Assembly (NCBI GenBank): GCA_046290225.1 | Contig: JBKAGE010000082.1 | Location: 32,001-96,000, forward strand | Length of the DNA: 64,000 nt | From: Bradymonadia bacterium | GTDB taxonomy: Bacteria; Myxococcota_A; Bradymonadia; UBA7976; UBA1532 | Reading direction: 5' to 3' | Part shown: positions 37,751-46,408 of the stretch, piece after piece | Layout of the letters: each line of letters opens with the position of its first letter | How positions within the stretch are numbered: position 1 is the first letter of the stretch | Position numbers and translations under genes: made by a program | The notes under the pieces: generated by a model | Seen by the model: only the letters and a program-made list of their open reading frames with translations | What the model was told of the DNA's origin: nothing | The model's database searches: none

Positions 37751-39085
37751 TCAGCGGCCCCAGCTCGGGGTGAGGTACGACCCCTTGCCCATGCTCACCA
37801 TGTTCTGAATCCGCCCGTCGGCGGTCATCACGTAGAGCTTGGGCTCGCCGGTGCGGGTGCTGGTGAAGGCGACATAGCGCCCGTTGGGGGACCACGTGGG
37901 CTCTTCGTTGTTGCCCTGCCCCTGAGTCAGGCGGGCGATCTGCCCGGTGCCCACGTTCACGGTGAAGATGTCGAACTTGTTCCGCTCGTCACGGGCCGTG
38001 AAGGCGATGAGATCACCCCGGGGGTTCCAGTCAGGGGTCTGGTTGTAATCCCCCTGGAACGTGACGCGGCGGGCGTTGCTGCCGTCCCACTTCATCACCC
38101 AGATCTGCGGGCTGCCGTGGCGATCGCTCACAAAGGCGATTTGCTGACCGTCCGGGGACCAGCTGGGGCTGGTGTCGATGCCGTACGAGTTGGTCAGCCG
38201 CTTGATGACGTCGCCGGTCTTGGGGTTGAGCAGGTAGATCTCGGCGTTGCCGTCTTTGCTGAGCACGGCGGCGACGTACTTGCCGTCGGGGCTCATCACG
38301 GCGCCGGTGTTCAGGCCCCGGTACTGGGTGTAGGGCCGGGACTTGCCGCCCTCGAGCACAAAGAGGCTGGGGTTCCGGTTCCGGAAGCTGGTGTAGAAGA
38401 TGCGCCCCTTCGTGTAGTTGGGGATCATGTTGATGGTCTTGTCGTTGGTCAGCTTGGTCTCGTCGCTGCCATCGGGGGCCACGCGGTAGAGCTCTTTGTT
38501 TTTGCCCACCCGCTTCACGTACACGATGTAGTTTTGGAAGAAGCCCTCGGTGCCGGTGAAGTGCTTGATGACCTGGTTCACGAAACCGTGGGCGTGGTAC
38601 CGCAACTTCGAGGGCTCAAGGGGCAGCTTCTGGGGCTTGTCGTAGGGCGGGGGCAGGCTGACGCGCTGATCTTTGTCCACGGCGTAGAGGCGCATGTCCA
38701 CGGCGACGCTGTTGCCGATGATGGTGTAGCCCACCTTCACGAGACCCTGGGCGCCGATGTTGAACCAGTTGTTCATCTTCGGGCTCATGCCCTCGGCCTT
38801 GGGATCACCGAGGAACCCCTTGGGGTCGAGCAAGTCGAAGTAGCCGGCGATCTTGAGGTCGCGGTTGACGGTGCCGGTGAGGGCCTCGGTGACGCCCCGG
38901 GTGTCGGGCACGTCGCCGAGGTTGAGAGCCTCGGGCACAGCCACGGTGTAGAGGGTCATCTGGCCCTCGGGGTTGATGGTGATGGCGCCGTTGTCGTCGC
39001 CGTCCTGAGCGGCGGCGGTAGAGGCGCCGAGGGCCATCACGGCGCCCAACACGAGAAGCGCCTTGAGCGCTGACATCAACTGCAT
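37751..39085 (-). CDS. tolB: TolB beta-propeller protein
   Basis: PD40 repeats (SPDG, PSWSPDGQQIAFVSDR); tol operon context. Confidence 0.92.
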   Translation of the reverse strand: MQLMSALKALLVLGAVMALGASTAAAQDGDDNGAITINPEGQMTLYTVAVPEALNLGDVPDTRGVTEALTGTVNRDLKIAGYFDLLDPKGFLGDPKAEGMSPKMNNWFNIGAQGLVKVGYTIIGNSVAVDMRLYAVDKDQRVSLPPPYDKPQKLPLEPSKLRYHAHGFVNQVIKHFTGTEGFFQNYIVYVKRVGKNKELYRVAPDGSDETKLTNDKTINMIPNYTKGRIFYTSFRNRNPSLFVLEGGKSRPYTQYRGLNTGAVMSPDGKYVAAVLSKDGNAEIYLLNPKTGDVIKRLTNSYGIDTSPSWSPDGQQIAFVSDRHGSPQIWVMKWDGSNARRVTFQGDYNQTPDWNPRGDLIAFTARDERNKFDIFTVNVGTGQIARLTQGQGNNEEPTWSPNGRYVAFTSTRTGEPKLYVMTADGRIQNMVSMGKGSYLTPSWGR

Positions 39086-39099
39086 GGTGTATTTCTTTC

Positions 39100-39981
39100 T
39101 CAACTGCCACCCCCGCCGCACTTTTGCTGCAAGACCATGCCTCGACGAAGCACGTCTTTCTTGAGCCACTCTTCTGTGGGCAGCACGATCGAGTTGGGCG
39201 CGTCCTCACCAAAACGCCTCACAGCAGCCACGAAGGCGCTGTCGCACGATTTGTTACCGCTGGACTTGATCACCCGAGGGTTCGAGGTTTTGCCATCCGC
39301 ATCGATGGCGAACTTCACGCGGACCACCTTCTTGCGGTCTTCACGGGGAATCGGGGGGATCTTGAGCTGCCGGCCGACGATGCGGTTCACCCGGGCGATG
39401 TAGCGCTGCTTCTCGGTGACCTGCCCCGTGTTGCTGTTACCGCCGACGAGACCGTCCTTACGACCTTGTTTGGGGCTGTCCTCGACGCCCCGGTCGTCTT
39501 TATCGAGGGAGTCCCAGATGTTGTCGGTCTTCTTCTTCAGATCTTCTTTGCGCTGGCGATCACGCTTCCGCTTCTCGGCGCGCTCTCGCTGCTTTTGCTT
39601 TTCGCGCTCTTTCTCGCGCTCGCGGGCCTCAGCGGCGGCGATCTCCTCCAGGCGCTTCTTCTCTTCTTCAGCCTTCTTGCGCTTCTCTTCTTCGCGCTCA
39701 CCCGTCTTGATGACGTTGTCGACGGGCGGTGGAGGCGCTGGCGCTTTCTTGATGATGTCGGGGAGCGCGGTCTTGGGCTTCACCTCAGGCTCAGGCGCGT
39801 ACTTGGGCACCATCTCCACCCACGTGACGTCCATGGTGGGCTCAGGGGGGTTCGCCTCATCGGACATGCCCGCGTAGGCCATGCCCGCGAAGAGTCCCAC
39901 GTTCACCAGCGCGCTCGCGAGGATGCCTGCGAGGTTGAGGCCTGTATCCGGGGGATTACGCTGGTATCGATCAGGACTCAC
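39100..39981 (-). CDS. tolA: TolA/TonB-family energy transducer
   Basis: N-terminal TM with conserved position, Pro-rich and E/K/R coiled region, TonB_C-like KSSGNKSCD. Confidence 0.8.
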   Translation of the reverse strand: MSPDRYQRNPPDTGLNLAGILASALVNVGLFAGMAYAGMSDEANPPEPTMDVTWVEMVPKYAPEPEVKPKTALPDIIKKAPAPPPPVDNVIKTGEREEEKRKKAEEEKKRLEEIAAAEAREREKEREKQKQRERAEKRKRDRQRKEDLKKKTDNIWDSLDKDDRGVEDSPKQGRKDGLVGGNSNTGQVTEKQRYIARVNRIVGRQLKIPPIPREDRKKVVRVKFAIDADGKTSNPRVIKSSGNKSCDSAFVAAVRRFGEDAPNSIVLPTEEWLKKDVLRRGMVLQQKCGGGGS

Positions 39982-40523
39982 TGCTCACCTCCCTCAGTGG
40001 CACCGCCGCCGGGCGCATCGGCCCCGGGGCCGCCCGCTGCAGCCCCTGGAGGCAGAGTCACCATGCCCAGGCGGGTGATGCCCGCCGTCTTGATCCGATT
40101 CATCACGTCGGCCACGAAGCCGTAGGGCAGATCGCGGTCGGCCTGAATCAGTACGTGCTGGGCCTCGGTCAGGTTCTTGTTGAGGCTCAACTTTTCGGAC
40201 AACGGCTTGAGGCAGTCCTGGTAATCCGGGCCATCAATACACGGCGCCAGAATCAGGCTCTTCTCTTGAGACTCGCTGAACTTGATGCTGATGGCCCGGC
40301 TGCGCTCCACGATCAAGATGGCCACGCCATCATCATCAGCATTGAGAGGCTCCGCCGCCACATTGGGCACGTTCACCTCGACCTTGCGCTGCTTCATCTC
40401 GTCGACGATGACCGGGGTGGTCACCATGAACACCACCAACAACACCAACATGACGTCGACGAGGGGGGTGACGTTGATCTCGCTTAGACCGCGGCGGGGG
40501 CCCCCGCCAGTGGACATGCCCAT
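39978..40523 (-). CDS. tolR: TolR/ExbD protein
   Basis: EINVTPLVDVMLVLLVVFMVTTP; ADRDLPYG. Confidence 0.9.
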   Translation of the reverse strand: MGMSTGGGPRRGLSEINVTPLVDVMLVLLVVFMVTTPVIVDEMKQRKVEVNVPNVAAEPLNADDDGVAILIVERSRAISIKFSESQEKSLILAPCIDGPDYQDCLKPLSEKLSLNKNLTEAQHVLIQADRDLPYGFVADVMNRIKTAGITRLGMVTLPPGAAAGGPGADAPGGGATEGGEQ

Positions 40524-40537
40524 GACCGCCTCCTAGC

Positions 40538-41263
40538 TCACTTGAAGAAGTGGCGCTTCACGATGTTGAGGAAGTCGTTCGAGAAGTTGTCCATGTCGGC
40601 GGTGAGCACGCGGATGCGGTTCACAAAGTAGTTGTACGCCGCCACGGCGGGGATCGCCGCCACGAGGCCGATGGCCGTGGCGATGAGGGCCTCGGCGATG
40701 GGCGGGGCCACCGTGTCGAGGGTGGGGTTGCCGTCAGTGGCCTCGGCGATGCGCAAGAAGGCGTACATGATGCCCCACACCGTGCCGAAGAGGCCGATGA
40801 AGGGGGCCGCCGAGGCGGTGGTGGCCAGGAACGGTGTCAGGCGCTCGAGGCTGATCTCCTCGGCGTTCTGGGCTCGGCGCAGGGCGCGCTCCACGCTCTC
40901 CATGTCGCCGAGCTGGTGGCCCATGGTGTCGGTGCCGTCCTTGCTCTTGAGCTTGCTCAGCTCCACGTAGCCTGCTTTGAAGACCTGGCTCGTGGGGCTG
41001 TGCTTGAGCTGCTGGCTCGCCTGGTAGATCTCGTCGAGGCGCTTCGACTGCCAGAAGATGTCGAGGAACTGGTTCGACTCGTTCTTGGCCCGGCGCAGAT
41101 AGATGTATTTGTAGGCGATGATGTACCAGCTCACGAATGACATGAGCACCAGCAACACCAGCACCCCCTTCACCACCGGGGTGGCTTCGGCGAGCAGGTT
41201 CATCAGGCTGAACTCTTTGCCGTCGGGGGCGGCGGTGATCAGCTGAACGAAGATGGGATCCAT
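40538..41263 (-). CDS. tolQ: TolQ/ExbB proton channel
   Basis: [39 protein letters not shown]. Confidence 0.93.
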   Translation of the reverse strand: MDPIFVQLITAAPDGKEFSLMNLLAEATPVVKGVLVLLVLMSFVSWYIIAYKYIYLRRAKNESNQFLDIFWQSKRLDEIYQASQQLKHSPTSQVFKAGYVELSKLKSKDGTDTMGHQLGDMESVERALRRAQNAEEISLERLTPFLATTASAAPFIGLFGTVWGIMYAFLRIAEATDGNPTLDTVAPPIAEALIATAIGLVAAIPAVAAYNYFVNRIRVLTADMDNFSNDFLNIVKRHFFK

Positions 41264-41353
41264 GTGGGCTACCTGTACGCGTTCAGGGGTGGTTTCAAGG
41301 GCGTCGTTTCGCCTCACACCGATGGTTTCGGGCGGGGCGCGGGCGCCGGGGCG

Positions 41354-41382
41354 CAGGTAGCACGGGGCCTGTCCACCGTCAA
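41354..41382 (-). promoter_or_regulatory. Possible sigma70 promoter for tol-pal
   Basis: Minus strand TTGACG-N17-TACCTG with extended TG; weak -10. Confidence 0.3.
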
Positions 41383-41965
41383 GGCTGGCCCCAGCCAGGT
41401 CACAGCTGAGCCACAGCTGCGCCACGACCCTCAACTGCTCTGAAACCACACCAGCGGCTCGGTGATTCCCCAAGTGATCTAACCGACGTGATCGGCCTCC
41501 CCTCTTTTTGAGGCGCTGTTGATTTTTGTGAGACAGCACCTCCGCCCCACGGGTCGAAGATGCGCCTTCGGGGCGCAATCCACAGCCACTCAGAAAAGAC
41601 AACCAAAAAAGAATCCGTCCATGTAACGCGTGGCGCAGAGGGGGCGTAAACCCCACCGCAAAGGGACATCGGGTTTCAAAAATTAAGCGACGGTCAACGC
41701 CTTGCGTGCTCTGTGACACCCGTGACGAGGGGATTCGACATAGGAAAATGCCTACAGGTACGCCCGATACGTACTTTTTCGGACAGAAAGTTGCGTCGCA
41801 GGTTGACCCGGCCCCAGATGCTTGACGTATTGTCCGGCCCAAAATGAGCCCCTCGAAGGCAATTGCCAGAGGCAAACATCAACCGTTTCAACGATTTGAC
41901 TGTGTGAGCTGTCTGGTCACCGGGTCCTCCGGTCGATCCAGACGTGTGTCCAGAAGGAGCGAAAC

Positions 41966-42664
41966 ATGAAGCGTGCTCTCCTCGCCGGCGCCTGCGCCTT
42001 GACCCTGGCCGGTGGCGCCTTTGCCGCCGACCACATCGATTCGCCCGCGGCGGTCAACGACCCCGCTGCCGACATCACTGATCTCTTCGCGTGGATGACC
42101 CCCGAGGCTGACAAGGTCAACCTCATCATGAACGTCACCCCCTTCGCCGGCGCTGACGCTGCGTTCTCCACCGCCACTCAGTACGTGTTCCACGTGAACA
42201 GCGCTGCGGGCTACGGCGAGACCCAGACCGAGACCAACGTCATCTGTCAGTTCTACGCCGAGAACGCCATCGAGTGCTGGGCCAACGGTGAGTACGTCAT
42301 CGGTGATCCTTCCGATCCCGCGGGCATCACCAGCGAGAGCGGCGGCCTGAAGGTCTTCGCCGGTCTGCGCAACGATCCTTTCTTCATGGAGTTCGCCGGC
42401 TTCACCCAGACGGTGGAGACCGTCATCGGCGCCGCCGGTGATCTGGCCTTCGACGCCGCGGGCTGCCCCGCTGTCGACGAGGCCACCTCCGCTGCCCTCG
42501 TAGGCCTGCTGCAGGGTGTGGGCACCGAGGCCGGGATGGCCACGGACACCTTCGCCGGCGCAAACGTCCTTTCTCTTGTGGTCCAGGTCGACAAGACCCT
42601 GGTGAACGGTGGCGGCCCCATCCTCGGGATCTGGGGCAGCACTCACAGCGCGCCCGCCCCCTGA
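41966..42664 (+). CDS. DUF4331-family secreted protein (N-terminal part of the family)
   Basis: ADHIDSP, DITDLFAW, VFAGLRNDPFF, DTFAGANV, IWGST. Confidence 0.85.
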   Translation: MKRALLAGACALTLAGGAFAADHIDSPAAVNDPAADITDLFAWMTPEADKVNLIMNVTPFAGADAAFSTATQYVFHVNSAAGYGETQTETNVICQFYAENAIECWANGEYVIGDPSDPAGITSESGGLKVFAGLRNDPFFMEFAGFTQTVETVIGAAGDLAFDAAGCPAVDEATSAALVGLLQGVGTEAGMATDTFAGANVLSLVVQVDKTLVNGGGPILGIWGSTHSAPAP

Positions 42665-42731
42665 AGGCGAGCGGTACAACCAGACTTTTTCGACTCTCAA
42701 ATCGACCGTGAGATTTCAGGAGATGCATAAA

Positions 42732-43772
42732 ATGAAGCGCTTGATGATGATGCTGGTGATCCCCAGCCTGTTCGCTCTGACTGCGTGTGATGATGACGAC
42801 GAGGGCGGCAGCGCCGCTGGTGGTGCCGGCGGCGAGGCCGGCATGGGCGGCGACGTCGGCGGTGCCGGCGGTGAGGCTGGCATGGGCGGCGACGTCGGTG
42901 GTGCCGGCGGTGAGGCCGGCATGGGCGGCGACGTCGGCGGTGCCGGCGGCGACGTCGGTGGTGCCGGTGGTATGGGCGGTATGATGGTCAGCGATGCCTG
43001 CATCGAGGCCTGCACCGTGCTCGCCGACTGCTCGGCGAACTCCGACGCCTGCCCGGGCATCACCCCCGAGACCCGGGACGGGTTCTACGACGCCTGCCTG
43101 CCCACCTGCGAGGCCAACCCTGCTCTGCGGGCCCTCGTGAACGGCGACGACTGCGACGGCACCGTCAACACCCTGCGCGGCCTCAACGAGGACTTCGACG
43201 CTGGCTGCCTGCCCGGTGCCGAGCCCCGCGGCGCCGACAACCCCCCCGAGCTGGGCACCCAGATCGACCGCAGCGGTCGTGCGGCCATCAGCACCGCCAC
43301 GATTTCGCCCTTCAACCCCGACGAGGCAGCCAAGGGCATGGCGAAGGACGCCTACAACGCCTCTGGTGATCCCAGCGCATGGGCCGAGGCCTTCGGCCCC
43401 GACATCGCCGGCAACCTCGCCATCCTCGACGCCCTCGACGGCACCTGCGGCAACCAGCTGATCGCCGGTGAGGAGCTGAACGCCGATCGTTACGCTGGCC
43501 TCACCGGTGTGCTCGCCGACGACCAGCTCTACGTGAACGCCGACAGCGGTGTCTGCGGTGTCTACCTCGGCCTCGAGGCCGAGGTGGTGGGCGCCATCCC
43601 CTCCGGCGACGGCGGCTGTGGTGGTCGTACCCCCAACGACGACGTCATCGACCGTAGCTACTCGGTCCTCGCCGCGGGCATCCTCACCGGTGTCGACGAC
43701 ACCATCACCGAGAACGACGTGCCCAACCCCGAAGGCTTCCCCTACCTCGCCGGGCCCACCGTCGCCGAGTAA
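42732..43772 (+). CDS. Lipoprotein with Gly-rich repeats, Cys-rich module and DUF4331 C-terminal-like region
   Basis: Lipobox LTAC; GGAGGEAGMGGDV repeats; QIDRSGRAAIST, GGRTPNDDVID, FPYLA. Confidence 0.82.
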   Translation: MKRLMMMLVIPSLFALTACDDDDEGGSAAGGAGGEAGMGGDVGGAGGEAGMGGDVGGAGGEAGMGGDVGGAGGDVGGAGGMGGMMVSDACIEACTVLADCSANSDACPGITPETRDGFYDACLPTCEANPALRALVNGDDCDGTVNTLRGLNEDFDAGCLPGAEPRGADNPPELGTQIDRSGRAAISTATISPFNPDEAAKGMAKDAYNASGDPSAWAEAFGPDIAGNLAILDALDGTCGNQLIAGEELNADRYAGLTGVLADDQLYVNADSGVCGVYLGLEAEVVGAIPSGDGGCGGRTPNDDVIDRSYSVLAAGILTGVDDTITENDVPNPEGFPYLAGPTVAE

Positions 43773-43785
43773 GAAGCCCCTTCGC

Positions 43786-43805
43786 CGAGCCTGATCTCGG
43801 GCTCG
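43786..43805 (+). terminator. Hairpin after the DUF4331 pair (terminator/attenuator candidate)
   Basis: CGAGCC...GGCTCG stem followed by a pyrimidine tract. Confidence 0.4.
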
Positions 43806-43896
43806 ACGGCCTCTCCTCTCGAACGATGCGCTGTTTCTGGCGCATTGTTCTGTCACTCCATCTATGCTCGTCCACCCTGATCCCAGGAGTCGATCC

Positions 43897-45204
43897 ATGT
43901 CTGTTCGATTGGCCATCTCTGCATCTGTACGTCGCTCTCGACTCTGGTCCGCGTCGCTGATGTCGCTGTGTCTGTTGGGGTGTGGCGAGCGTGGCAGCGC
44001 CTCTGAGGGGGGAGCCGTCACAGGCTCCCCGGACAGCGCAACGCCTGGATCCTCCGACACACGGGCCCCCGACACACGGGCCCCCGACGCATCGAGCGCC
44101 CTCGGTGATCAGTCATTGCCTCTGGGCTTCGACGGGATCACGACGCCAGGGCAAACGGCAGCGAAGAACCTTGGCGCACAAATCGACGGGGTCGAAGGTC
44201 AGCTGACCCGCCAGCCCACGAGCCTGGCGCTCATGACACAGGTCATCGATCTGCGCCTGACCCGTACGCAGTTCCTGGGTACGTACAGCGACTTTGCCCG
44301 AGCCAAGGCCATCGCAGCAGAGGCGGTGAGGGTCCACGGTGAGCAAGGTCGGATCTTGATGGCTCGCGTCGACACGGCCCTGCACGCATTCGAGCAGGCT
44401 ACGGCAGCGCTGCAGGCCGCCGGGGCCATGCGACCGGAGCAGGCGGGCACTCTGGCCCTGGCCACGGGGGCTGATCTGGCCCCCCACCTCGCCGCCGCCC
44501 GTGCAGCGGTGCAGCAATCCCCCACGTACGGCAATTACACCCACCTCGCGGCGCTCCTCGCCGGCGCAGGGCGCTTCGACGAAGCCGACGCTGCATACCT
44601 CGACGCCTTGAAGGCCTATCGCGACGTGTCACCCTTCCCCGTGGCCTGGGTGGCCTTCCAGCGAGGGGTGATGTGGGGTGAGGCAGCTGATCGATCTGAT
44701 CGAGCCCTGGTGCTCTACCGGGAGGCAGTACGCCGCTTGCCGGGCTATGTAGTGGCCAACGTGCACCTCGCCGAGTTGGAGTCCGAGGTGGGCCTCACTG
44801 GCCTGGCCATCAAACGACTGCGCAACGTACTCGACACCGAGGATCCCGAGCCCGCGGGCCTGCTCGCGGAGCTGCTCCCTGAAGACGATGCCGAGCGTCG
44901 ACCCCTCATCGAGAAGGCCCGCTCGATGTACGAGGCCCTCTTCGAAGCCTACCCATTGGCCTTCGTCGATCACGGCGCCGAGTTCTTCATGGGGCCCGGC
45001 GCTGATCCCCAGCGGGCGCTGAGTCTCGCCAAGACCAACCTCGAGATCAGACAGAACGATCGCGCATGGCTGGTGGGCATCGAGGCGGCCCTCGCCGCGG
45101 GGGACACGACTCAAGCGTGCACCTGGGCCAAAGCAGCGGGAGATGGTCGGCCGAGTGTGCCGCTCAACGCCCTACGCACCAAGGTGCTCACCGACTGTCC
45201 CTGA
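43897..45204 (+). CDS. TPR-like lipoprotein associated with the DUF4331 genes
   Basis: Lipobox LLGC; helical repeats GRFDEADAAY..AL, LYREAVRRLPGY; AGGAG RBS. Confidence 0.82.
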   Translation: MSVRLAISASVRRSRLWSASLMSLCLLGCGERGSASEGGAVTGSPDSATPGSSDTRAPDTRAPDASSALGDQSLPLGFDGITTPGQTAAKNLGAQIDGVEGQLTRQPTSLALMTQVIDLRLTRTQFLGTYSDFARAKAIAAEAVRVHGEQGRILMARVDTALHAFEQATAALQAAGAMRPEQAGTLALATGADLAPHLAAARAAVQQSPTYGNYTHLAALLAGAGRFDEADAAYLDALKAYRDVSPFPVAWVAFQRGVMWGEAADRSDRALVLYREAVRRLPGYVVANVHLAELESEVGLTGLAIKRLRNVLDTEDPEPAGLLAELLPEDDAERRPLIEKARSMYEALFEAYPLAFVDHGAEFFMGPGADPQRALSLAKTNLEIRQNDRAWLVGIEAALAAGDTTQACTWAKAAGDGRPSVPLNALRTKVLTDCP

Positions 45205-45236
45205 GCAATACTCAGCGCAGTACATGAACAGCCTGC

Positions 45237-45617
45237 TCAGTCTTCTGTGATGATCGGCCCCGTGGGTGGAGCCAGGATGGTGAGGGTGAGCGGCGCGCTC
45301 ACCCACTGACCACTGCGCATCACCAGATCACGCTGGCCAAAGCCGGCCGCCTCGGGGACCTCGATGAGCAGCTCGTCGTCGCTCCACGAGAGCACTGTCA
45401 CGGGCGCTCCACCGAGCCACAACCCGTCATCTGTGCCCTGAAGCCCGAACCGCAGCCCCAAAATGGTGATCTGGCCCCCGGGCAGGGCCATTTCGGGGCG
45501 GGCCTCTCGCAACACCGGGCGCGCGCCAGCCTCCGGGTCTACCCAGTCGTCACCGCAGCCCAGGGTGGCGAAGATCATCGCCGCGCTGATGGAAAGTGTC
45601 CGCCACATGAGCGCCAT
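45237..45617 (-). CDS. Small IPT/TIG-domain lipoprotein
   Basis: Lipobox TLGC; PxxALPGGQITILGxRFG, SWSDDELxIxVP. Confidence 0.75.
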   Translation of the reverse strand: MALMWRTLSISAAMIFATLGCGDDWVDPEAGARPVLREARPEMALPGGQITILGLRFGLQGTDDGLWLGGAPVTVLSWSDDELLIEVPEAAGFGQRDLVMRSGQWVSAPLTLTILAPPTGPIITED

Positions 45618-45712
45618 ACTGCAGCAATCACCTGCTCTGGATCGAGCCCTTCGACGTGCGATATGTGGCACCTGAGCTGATCAACACGCCTCAGAGGTGC
45701 TAGCCTGCCTCC

Positions 45713-46408
45713 ATGCCGATGACCCTCACTGCGTTGTTGCTCGCCACAGCGTCTCTGATCGCTGGAGGCCGCTATGAAGGGGTGTGTGCCCAGGGACGCG
45801 TCTCGCTGCACCTCGGCACGGACGGCACAGCCCGTTACGGCGACGCAGAGTTCACATGGCAGCTCACTGACGATCAGCTCATGCTGAGATCGGCCGTCGG
45901 TGACACGCTCACTCTTCAAATCGGTGAAGGCCCTGCGGGCACCATCACGCTCTCGGGGCCGCCCTTTGAGCAGGTGTGGCTGACACCAGTTGCGCTGCCT
46001 GCAGAGCGGAGTATGGCAGGGCAGGCAGCGGAGGCCGTCGATGAGAAGCATCGGCCAACTGCCCTCATCAGTCACTGGCTTCACCGCGCCAGCGGGGGAT
46101 CAGTGACGCTGGAGTTGAACCCCTCTGGACGCTTCCGCATGATCCAGAGGTTCCACTCGCCCGTGAAGGGCGCCGAGGGCCCACCGCGGACCACCACCGG
46201 TGACTGGTGGAGCGACGCGGCGGGCACAGAGCTGACGTTGGGCCCTGACGGCGGCCCGACTTTGAGATATCAGGTCAGCCGTCGAGCAAAGGTGCTCTCG
46301 ATCCGGGGTGGAGATCTCCCCACTCGAGTGACCTTCGAGCATATGGGCGACAAAGCGCCTGTGGGCAAGGGGCCGAAGATCGGGCCTGCTGAGGAGAATG
46401 CGAGATGA
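45713..46408 (+). CDS. Secreted hypothetical protein (two small beta-barrel-like repeats)
   Basis: Hydrophobic N-terminus; stop overlaps the next start (ATGA). Confidence 0.65.
   Translation: MPMTLTALLLATASLIAGGRYEGVCAQGRVSLHLGTDGTARYGDAEFTWQLTDDQLMLRSAVGDTLTLQIGEGPAGTITLSGPPFEQVWLTPVALPAERSMAGQAAEAVDEKHRPTALISHWLHRASGGSVTLELNPSGRFRMIQRFHSPVKGAEGPPRTTTGDWWSDAAGTELTLGPDGGPTLRYQVSRRAKVLSIRGGDLPTRVTFEHMGDKAPVGKGPKIGPAEENAR

Noticed and set aside
41264..41875. 204-aa N-terminal extension of tolQ in the ORF track
   Set aside because: No TolQ similarity and intergenic-like composition; start assigned at 41263.
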